DNA of 64,000 nucleotides from Candidatus Poribacteria bacterium (GTDB lineage Bacteria; Poribacteria; WGA-4E; WGA-3G): NCBI GenBank assembly GCA_965246985.1, contig OZ251998.1, positions 6,505,657 to 6,569,656 of the forward strand, read 5' to 3'. Shown piece by piece: positions 57,052 to 64,000 of this stretch (position 1 is its first letter; each line of letters starts with the position of its first letter). The notes under the pieces were generated by a model. It saw only the letters and a program-made list of their open reading frames with translations, ran no database searches and was not told where the DNA came from. The position numbers and the translations under genes were made by a program.

Positions 57052-57432
57052 ATGACCGCAAGGAAATGGAATATCTACATCGTTTATATCACTAATACCA
57101 TCGCCAAAAATGGGCAGATAAAGCAGAGGCGTGTCATTTTTTACGATTCAGCACAGCGAGATGTCTATAACACACCGCGGCTTTACGGGCTTCCCATACA
57201 GCCGAGCGGTATCGGAAGACGCAACCTAAGTGCACGTCTGTCCTCAAAAGTGGAATGGAAGTTGATGCAAATACGACACGCAGATCGGAGGATTTCCCAG
57301 TCGTGTGAAATCAACACCGCAATAGACGTAGAAAGAGATCGAGGCACTTTTAGAGAAAGTAAAAACCTCCGTTCTGACCTCCGATCTGTCCGCAAAATCG
57401 GATCATATAGATCAAGTATGGACATGATTTAA
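57052..57432 (+). CDS. hypothetical protein (126 aa), weak
   Basis: ORF only; basic and Arg-rich, with no motif. It sits in an otherwise non-coding stretch of about 1.2 kb. Confidence 0.2.
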   Translation: MTARKWNIYIVYITNTIAKNGQIKQRRVIFYDSAQRDVYNTPRLYGLPIQPSGIGRRNLSARLSSKVEWKLMQIRHADRRISQSCEINTAIDVERDRGTFRESKNLRSDLRSVRKIGSYRSSMDMI

Positions 57433-57601
57433 AACGACTTCCGCCAAACCCTGAAGGTATTTTTATTCATGAAATCTTTGAACATCACATGTCAATGGAC
57501 TATATTCATTACATAGCCAGTCAACGCAAGTTCAGATAATTGGCGAAGGTATTGTATCACCTGATCACATAATTTCGCGCCAATAACACGAAAGGAATCT
57601 A

Positions 57602-58621
57602 ATGACAACGACACCAAATACTGACACAATGCATGCCGACGATGTTGCTGCAATTGACGAACTGCGTAACGTCTACAACCAATTAAAACAAACACTTGCC
57701 AAGATCATCGTCGGTCAGGAGCAGGTTATCGAACACTTAGCGATCTGTCTGTTTTCTCAAGGACACGCACTCTTGATGGGCGTTCCGGGCTTGGCGAAGA
57801 CGCTGTTAGTGAACCGGTTCGCTGAGACGATGGCATTGCAGTTCAGTCGAATCCAATTCACACCCGACCTGATGCCGATGGACATCACCGGCACCGACAT
57901 CCTTCAAGAGGTCCCAGGCGGTAGGCGGGAATTCGAGTTCGTAAAGGGTCCCCTGTTTGCCAATCTTATTCTCGCCGACGAGATTAACCGTGCCCCCTCT
58001 AAAACACAGGCTGCTATGCTTGAGGCGATGCAAGAATACAAAATCACAGTCATCGGCAGAACATACCAACTGACACCGCCGTTCTTCGTGTTGGCGACCC
58101 AGAACCCCATAGAACAGGAAGGGACGTATCCGTTGCCGGAGGCACAACTGGATCGTTTCATGTTCAGGATTGAAGTAGACTACCCGGCGCGTGCTGAGGA
58201 GATAGAGATTGCCCGCACCACGACCGGTCTGGCACTTCCAACGCTTGCACACGTCCTGACAGGTGAACGGGTGCTTGCCTTTCAAGACCTCGTGCGACGT
58301 GTGCCGGTAGCAGAGCATATCTACGAATTCGCTGTTGATTTAGTACGTAGCACTCGTCCAAAAGGTGACGCATCCCCTGATTGGCTAAAACCGCTTGTCG
58401 CTTGGGGTGCCGGTCCACGGGCAGTTCAATACTTAATCTTAGGGGCGAAGGCACGTGCGGCACTTAGTGGCAGCTACATGGCGCGACTTGAAGATGTCAT
58501 CGCAGTGGCAGCTCCAGTGCTGGCGCATCGCGTCATTACATCCTTCGCGGCGGAATCCGAAAACATCACCAGCCAAGACCTCGTCAACCGTCTCGTTGAA
58601 GAGTTGTCGGAACAGGGGTAA
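57602..58621 (+). CDS. MoxR-family AAA+ ATPase
   Basis: …IVGQEQVIEHLAICLFSQGHALLMGVPGLAKT… Walker A, …LADEINRAPSKTQAAMLEAMQE… Walker B/sensor. 339 aa. Confidence 0.9.
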   Translation: MTTTPNTDTMHADDVAAIDELRNVYNQLKQTLAKIIVGQEQVIEHLAICLFSQGHALLMGVPGLAKTLLVNRFAETMALQFSRIQFTPDLMPMDITGTDILQEVPGGRREFEFVKGPLFANLILADEINRAPSKTQAAMLEAMQEYKITVIGRTYQLTPPFFVLATQNPIEQEGTYPLPEAQLDRFMFRIEVDYPARAEEIEIARTTTGLALPTLAHVLTGERVLAFQDLVRRVPVAEHIYEFAVDLVRSTRPKGDASPDWLKPLVAWGAGPRAVQYLILGAKARAALSGSYMARLEDVIAVAAPVLAHRVITSFAAESENITSQDLVNRLVEELSEQG

Positions 58622-58624
58622 ACT

Positions 58625-59560
58625 ATGGCATTGCAACTCAAACGGGATTACCTCAACCAGAAGGTCCTGGAACGTCTCTCCACGCTTCAATTGCACGCTC
58701 GACTCCCTATGGTAGGAAGTGTATCCGGTAAACATCGGAGCCCTATTCGCGGTTCCAGTCTTGAGTTTGCCGAGTACCGTAAGTACGTTCCAGGTGATGA
58801 CACACGCCGACTCGATTGGCGTGCTTATGCGCGGAATGATCGTTACTACATCAAGGAGTTTGAAGCCGATACGAACTTACGGATGTGCTTAGTCGTTGAT
58901 ACCAGCGGTTCGATGGATTTCGCATACAACGGAAACCCCGCAGGAACCGACGGGGAACCCGGTTTGAGTAAACTCGACTACGCACGTCGGGTGGCAGGCA
59001 CCTTAGCCTATATAGCCGCCGTACAAGGTGATGCCGTTGGACTCTACTGTGCCGGCAACGCGTTTTACAAAGAAATCCCACCAAAGCGCAGTGCTACCCA
59101 CCTTAGCGTTGTCCTTGATGAATTAGGGACAATAGAGGCATCAGGCGAGACCGGGCTGGCTGACGTTCTCCACGAAACCGCCGAACGTATCCCACAGAGA
59201 GCACTAATCATCGTCATTTCAGATCTATTCATGGAACCCGGAATAGTGCGGAATTGTTTCGAGCATCTGCGGTTCCGTAAACACGATGTCGCCGTGTTTC
59301 ATCTCATGGAGCAGAACGAACTGGATTTTGAATTCGATCGTCCGATGAGATTTGTCGACATGGAAGGTGGGGAACCTATACTCGCAGATCCGACTGTCAT
59401 CGGTGCACAGTACCGACGCGCGATGGAAATATACCTTGAGAGTATGGACGAGGTTATTCGCGACACCGAGGTTGACTATCATCGTATTTGCATCCACGAG
59501 GATCACGGGGACATATTGGCACGATTTTTGTTGGGACGGACACCCAAAAGACACAAGTGA
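58625..59560 (+). CDS. DUF58-family protein (vWA-fold partner of MoxR)
   Basis: …EFAEYRKYVPGDDTRRLDWRAYARNDRYYIKEFEAD… and a …LVVDTSGSMD… MIDAS-like motif. Confidence 0.8.
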   Translation: MALQLKRDYLNQKVLERLSTLQLHARLPMVGSVSGKHRSPIRGSSLEFAEYRKYVPGDDTRRLDWRAYARNDRYYIKEFEADTNLRMCLVVDTSGSMDFAYNGNPAGTDGEPGLSKLDYARRVAGTLAYIAAVQGDAVGLYCAGNAFYKEIPPKRSATHLSVVLDELGTIEASGETGLADVLHETAERIPQRALIIVISDLFMEPGIVRNCFEHLRFRKHDVAVFHLMEQNELDFEFDRPMRFVDMEGGEPILADPTVIGAQYRRAMEIYLESMDEVIRDTEVDYHRICIHEDHGDILARFLLGRTPKRHK

Positions 59561-59728
59561 GGAATAGTTGTCAGTTGTCAGTACGGAAATCAGCTACGCA
59601 GATTTTCTTTCGGTTGTCGGTTAAGAAGTCGTTTGGTTAAGTCAACAACCTCTTTAACCGATAACCGATAACTGATAACCGATAACCACTCTTTCGATAA
59701 CTGACAACTATTTAAAAGGATTGACGCA

Positions 59729-61750
59729 ATGAGTTTCCTACAACCGTTAGCATTAATCGCGCTTCCCTTGATGGCACTGCCGATCATCATCCATCTAATC
59801 AATCAGCAACGGCACCGGACGATTCCTTGGGCAGCGATGATGTTCCTTATGCATGCGAAGCGCATGAGCAGAGGTATGGCACGCCTTCGGCACCTTCTTA
59901 TTCTACTGATGCGTGTACTCGCTATCGGGGCTTTGATTTTTGCCATTAGCCGTCCACTGTCCGGCGGATGGTTAGGAAGCGTCGGATTGAGTAAGCCTGA
60001 TGCCACGCTAATTCTTCTCGATCGCTCCGCCAGCATGGAAATGCAAGACCTGCAGGCGGGTGAGTCAAAAAGATCCACCGCACTGAAGAGACTCGCACAA
60101 TTGCTGGAGCAAGGGGATTACGGAACTCACTTGCTTCTCATTGATAGTGCCAGCGGTCAGATGCAGGAAGTAGATTCGCCTAAGGCTCTATTGAACCTAC
60201 CTATCACCGGTGCGAGTGCCACCAGCGCAAATATCCCAAGTATGCTTGAAACGGCGTTAGCGTATCTCGAGGCTAATGAATCGGGACGCGCCGAAATATG
60301 GATCTGTTCGGACTTGAACGAGAACGATTGGGATGTTCACAGTGGTCGTTGGAACGCGATAAGCGAAGCACTTGCCCAGTTACAGGGTGTACATCATTTC
60401 TTATTGGCATACACAGATCCGCCTTCAAGTAACTTGTCGGTGAGAGTGGAAAACGTGCAACGGTGGAAACGTGGCAATGATGCGGAACTTATTCTTGATG
60501 TAATGGTGCGGACAAACGGGAATAGCGGTGGCACGCGGCGAGTACCTATTGAGTTTGAAGTCAACAATGTCCAGTCTGTCGTTGAAGTGGAGCTTGACAC
60601 ACTCGGTGCCTCTTTACAAGGACACCGCATCCCTATTGATGCCAAACTCAGTTCAGGTTGGGGATCCGTGAGCTTACCCGGTGATGCGAACCCCTTGGAT
60701 AATCGGTTTTTCTTCGTCTTTTCAGAACCACCGGTGCGAAAGGCAGTCGTCGTCAGTGATGATAAAAGGATCGGCGAAGCGTTCCGTCGGGCACTTGCTA
60801 TTCCATTGGATCCCCGACTACAACACCACGCAGATGTGATTCCCGTGAACCGAGTCGCAGAGATTGACTGGGAAAGTACGGGACTTTTGATCTGGCAAGG
60901 GGCACTACCGAGTGGGTTGGTAGCGGAACAGATTGAGCACTTCGTCAACAGCGGGCGTGTGGTTATGTTCTTTCCACCGGCGCAGAACGCTGGTGAACAA
61001 TTGTTTGCCTCACACTGGGGCGACTGGCAGTCCGCTGACGGTAAGGAGGTCTCCAAAGTCGCATCGTGGCGTGGTGATGCCGATCTACTGGCACATGCGG
61101 AGAGCGGGGATGCCTTGCCTTTGAACGGACTCCGCACCTATCGTTACCGAACCCTTGAGAGTACTGGAACACCATTGGCAAGGTTTGACGATGATACCCC
61201 TCTATTAACTCGTGTGCCTACTGATCACGGGGCAATTTATTTCTGTAGTACGCTGCCCACAGCACAATTTTCTTCTCTTGAGCGGGACGGTATAGTGTTT
61301 TATGTCATGCTACAGCGGGCATTGACTGAAGGGTGTCTCGCATTGGCTGCTGCAGCGCAACGCGATGCCGGAGTTGGTGTGCTTGCAGACCGAGATCAGT
61401 GGGAGTCGGTAGCTCCTGCTGAGAATACAGCGTCCCTTTCACAGCGTGAATTGCATGCGGGTGTCTATCGTGAAGGTGAATATTGGGTAGCCGTGAACCG
61501 CAGCCAAGCTGAGGACAATGCCAAGACATCGCCTGTTGAGACGGTGGATACGCTGTTTGATGGACTGTCGTACCGAAGAATTGATGTTGATGTCGGGGAC
61601 ACATCCGCTTTAGCGAGTGAACTCTGGCGTATCTTCCTCATCGCAATGGCGTTAGCACTCATTTTAGAGGCAGTACTGAGTTTACCAAGCTGGAAAACTG
61701 AGAGCAGCCCTCTAATCGACCTTGCAGGCGCAGATGGAAGGGCGGAGTAG
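59729..61750 (+). CDS. BatA-like aerotolerance-operon membrane protein (N-terminal BatA domain + vWA-like region)
   Basis: MSFLQPLALIALPLMALPIIIHLINQQRHR is a BatA N-terminal TM domain. …ILLDRSASME… is MIDAS-like. There is a C-terminal TM helix. Confidence 0.6.
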   Translation: MSFLQPLALIALPLMALPIIIHLINQQRHRTIPWAAMMFLMHAKRMSRGMARLRHLLILLMRVLAIGALIFAISRPLSGGWLGSVGLSKPDATLILLDRSASMEMQDLQAGESKRSTALKRLAQLLEQGDYGTHLLLIDSASGQMQEVDSPKALLNLPITGASATSANIPSMLETALAYLEANESGRAEIWICSDLNENDWDVHSGRWNAISEALAQLQGVHHFLLAYTDPPSSNLSVRVENVQRWKRGNDAELILDVMVRTNGNSGGTRRVPIEFEVNNVQSVVEVELDTLGASLQGHRIPIDAKLSSGWGSVSLPGDANPLDNRFFFVFSEPPVRKAVVVSDDKRIGEAFRRALAIPLDPRLQHHADVIPVNRVAEIDWESTGLLIWQGALPSGLVAEQIEHFVNSGRVVMFFPPAQNAGEQLFASHWGDWQSADGKEVSKVASWRGDADLLAHAESGDALPLNGLRTYRYRTLESTGTPLARFDDDTPLLTRVPTDHGAIYFCSTLPTAQFSSLERDGIVFYVMLQRALTEGCLALAAAAQRDAGVGVLADRDQWESVAPAENTASLSQRELHAGVYREGEYWVAVNRSQAEDNAKTSPVETVDTLFDGLSYRRIDVDVGDTSALASELWRIFLIAMALALILEAVLSLPSWKTESSPLIDLAGADGRAE

Positions 61751-61862
61751 CAATTGGCTGTCGGCTGTTAGCAGTCAGTTAAAAGGTTTCTGATTAAGTC
61801 AGACGCTTTTTTGCTGATTGCTGACTGCTGATTGCTGATGGCTAATAATTGGAGACACAAGA

Positions 61863-64000
61863 ATGCAAGAACAACAGGGGAGCCTCGAATTTCTCTCAAG
61901 TAGTTCCATCATGGTCTTAGGACTGTTTATCGTGGCTGTGGCCGGTGTCCTGTGCTGGTTGGCATGGCATCGCAGCGGTTATCGCATGCAAACAGGGTGG
62001 CTTGAATTGCTGCGTTTTGTACTGGTCTGTTTAGTGGTCGCCACGCTGAATCAACCCGAATGGTTGAAGACGCAACCGCCGGACCGACGTTCAACGCTCG
62101 CGGTGCTCTGGGACCAATCTAAAAGTATGGAGACGCGGGATGTCTTTTTGACCAAGAACGCGACTACAGATATTTTTCATAAGGCGCGCGTTCTTGGTCA
62201 AGATCAAGACCTCTCCGGCGAACGCAAGAGCCGCGCTGAAACGATTCAACCGCTGATGTCCGAGGAAGTCTGGAAATCGCCTGATACTACTGATCTTAAT
62301 GTGGTGTTTGAGCCGTTCTCTTCACAGTTGGACCCAGCAGAAGAAGCAACAGATTTGAATGCTGGACTGTCACACGTTCTGGACAACCATGCAAATCTTC
62401 GCGGCGTAGTGCTTCTGTCAGACGGCGATTGGAATATCGGTAACTCCCCCGTGGAGGCAGCCACACGGTTTCGGATGAAAGGGATTCCCGTCTTCGCAAT
62501 AGGAATCGGTAGTAAGGTACCACTACCGGATATCGAGTTAGTCAGGATGGATGCGCCAACTTTTGGGGTGACAAATAAGCAGCTTCGCATTCCGTTTGTT
62601 GTCCGTAGCACCTTGGGACAGGACCGGGATGTGAGTGTTACCCTAAGGGTCAATAAAGAGGCGACGGTTACCAAGGTTGTTCGCGTCCCCGCTATGAGTC
62701 AGGCACAAGATAACATCGTCTGGACACCACCAGCGACAGAGAACTATACGTTAAACCTGCGTATTGCACCGGACGCTGAGGAATTGATCCCCGAAAATAA
62801 TGAGATCTCCGCCCCGATATCCATACGCGAGGAACAATTGAGAGTCCTTGTCATCGAATCGTATCCGCGGTGGGAGTACCGATACCTACGGAACGCCTTA
62901 GAACGGGATCCCGGCGTTGAAGTAACATGCCTCCTTTTTCATCCGGAGTTGCCAAATGTCGGCGGCGGTCGCACTTATATTAAACGTTTTCCTGACGCGA
63001 GGGAACTGAGTCGTTATGACGTAGTGTTTCTTGGCGATGTCGGTGTGAAAGAAGACCAGTTAACAGTCGAACAAACACGGGAATTACGGAAGTTAGTCAG
63101 TGCCCAAGCTTCAGGTCTCGTCTTTATGCCCGGACGTTCAGGATCCCACGATTCGTTGATGCCCGGCCCGCTTGCTGACCTCTATCCTGTGGTTTTGGAC
63201 CCAGCAACACCTCAAGGTGTTGGCTCGAATATGCAGGGATATTTCGCACTTACTGCATCGGGGCAGCGCAGTTTGCTAACACGCCTCGGAGATACCGACC
63301 AAGATAATGGCGAAGTGTGGCGTAAGTTGCCGGGGTTTTTCTGGTACACCGGAGTCAAGCGAGCCAAGGCTGGCACCGAGACGCTGGCAGTGCACGATCA
63401 AGTCGCAACTGCTTCCGGACGAGTGCCATTAATTGTGACCAAAACGTACGGCACCGGTAAAGTATTGTTTATGGGGACAGACAGTGCTTGGCGTTGGCGA
63501 CACGGTGTTGAGGATAGGTACCACTATCGCTTTTGGAGTCAAGTCGCGCGGTGGATGGCATACCGACGACAGATGGCACAAAGCGAAGCAATACGATTGT
63601 TTTACTCACCCGACCGACCCAACGTTGATGACGTGTTGACGTTAAATGCCAACGCTATTGATAACGTGGGCGGTCCCTTAGATAGCGGTTCGGTTGTGGT
63701 ACAGGCGATTTCGCCATCGGGCAAGACGCAGACAATTCGACTTCAACCGGGCACAGAGGATCTGGCAGGGTTGTTCGTGGGTTCGTTTGTGCCAAAAGAG
63801 CCCGGTAACTATCGCCTCGTTGCGAGTAGTAGTGAAACCGGTGCCTCTATTCAGACGGATCTATCAGTGCAAGGTTTGAATCGGGAACAACAAGGGCGTT
63901 TGGCACGTTTTGATGTATTGGACGAAATCGCTAAGATTACCGAGGGCAAGTTGGTACCGGTTTCTGAAGTGCCGAGTCTACTGGAGCATCTCGCAGCCTT
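61863..64000 (+). CDS. vWA-domain membrane protein of the Bat/MoxR operon (BatB/D-like), 3'-partial at the window end
   Basis: ATG at 61863; the frame is open through 64000. It is absent from the ORF track because it has no stop in the window. N-terminal TM, …VLWDQSKSME… (DxSxS MIDAS), and a later class-I glutamine-amidotransferase-like/DUF4159-like segment (…LVIESYPRWEYRYL…). Confidence 0.55.
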   Translation, partial: MQEQQGSLEFLSSSSIMVLGLFIVAVAGVLCWLAWHRSGYRMQTGWLELLRFVLVCLVVATLNQPEWLKTQPPDRRSTLAVLWDQSKSMETRDVFLTKNATTDIFHKARVLGQDQDLSGERKSRAETIQPLMSEEVWKSPDTTDLNVVFEPFSSQLDPAEEATDLNAGLSHVLDNHANLRGVVLLSDGDWNIGNSPVEAATRFRMKGIPVFAIGIGSKVPLPDIELVRMDAPTFGVTNKQLRIPFVVRSTLGQDRDVSVTLRVNKEATVTKVVRVPAMSQAQDNIVWTPPATENYTLNLRIAPDAEELIPENNEISAPISIREEQLRVLVIESYPRWEYRYLRNALERDPGVEVTCLLFHPELPNVGGGRTYIKRFPDARELSRYDVVFLGDVGVKEDQLTVEQTRELRKLVSAQASGLVFMPGRSGSHDSLMPGPLADLYPVVLDPATPQGVGSNMQGYFALTASGQRSLLTRLGDTDQDNGEVWRKLPGFFWYTGVKRAKAGTETLAVHDQVATASGRVPLIVTKTYGTGKVLFMGTDSAWRWRHGVEDRYHYRFWSQVARWMAYRRQMAQSEAIRLFYSPDRPNVDDVLTLNANAIDNVGGPLDSGSVVVQAISPSGKTQTIRLQPGTEDLAGLFVGSFVPKEPGNYRLVASSSETGASIQTDLSVQGLNREQQGRLARFDVLDEIAKITEGKLVPVSEVPSLLEHLAA

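Overview
This 64-kb window looks like bacterial chromosomal DNA of about 50% GC from an uncultured lineage. It has many WD40 beta-propeller proteins, dockerin modules, a sigma-54 activator, a MoxR/Bat operon and secreted CAZyme-like proteins, a profile seen in Planctomycetota, Poribacteria and other candidate phyla. The lineage cannot be assigned from sequence alone. The window divides into four parts.

(i) 1-8.3 kb, minus strand: a thiamine locus under a TPP riboswitch (ThiY-like binding protein, permease, thiO, thiS, thiG). A HEPN/MNT toxin-antitoxin pair sits between thiS and thiG, and an orphan PIN gene lies downstream. The window's left edge cuts through an IscB/IsrB-like RuvC nuclease ORF. 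An IS630-family insertion sequence with about 39-bp terminal inverted repeats is intact at 6985-8265.

(ii) 8.3-24.2 kb, plus strand: housekeeping and accessory genes. These are ArsA/GET3-like ATPase, hslVU, two secreted WD40 proteins ending in type-I dockerin modules, SppA, a PhyH dioxygenase, a RimK-like ligase, a GT4 glycosyltransferase and a mannitol-dehydrogenase-family enzyme.

(iii) 24.2-42.8 kb, minus strand: the most unusual region, a tandem triplication of a cassette. Each copy encodes a small Cys/Gly-rich secreted protein (conserved N-terminus, hypervariable Cys-rich tail), a cytoplasmic WD40 protein about 700 aa long, and an FtsX/MacB-type permease. Copies 2 and 3 also carry a small single-pass membrane ORF with a GGAGG ribosome-binding site. 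The array lies downstream of a sigma-54 activator and a consensus sigma-54 promoter. Only one of the three cassettes is intact. The others show an in-frame deletion, a 1-nt frameshift, loss of a start codon, a 19-bp tandem duplication, and insertions of three different MITE families. Two gene fragments have been copied in ectopically. Consensus TTGACA-17-TATAAT promoters occur in the duplicated blocks.

(iv) 43-64 kb: Gfo/Idh/MocA oxidoreductase, MFS transporter, an ECF sigma factor and a run of secreted proteins. These are a LamG-like protein, an alpha/beta hydrolase, a WD40 protein with near-identical internal nucleotide repeats, a 1147-aa LamG + GH67-like + beta-helix chimera, and a CotH lipoprotein. 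A MoxR-DUF58-BatA-vWA operon follows and runs off the window end.

No CRISPR array, rRNA or confident tRNA gene was seen. Coordinates worked out by hand (repeats, promoters, alternative starts) may be off by 1-3 nt. The ORF-track start codons are often over-extended, because that track accepts GTG/TTG starts and takes the longest ORF.
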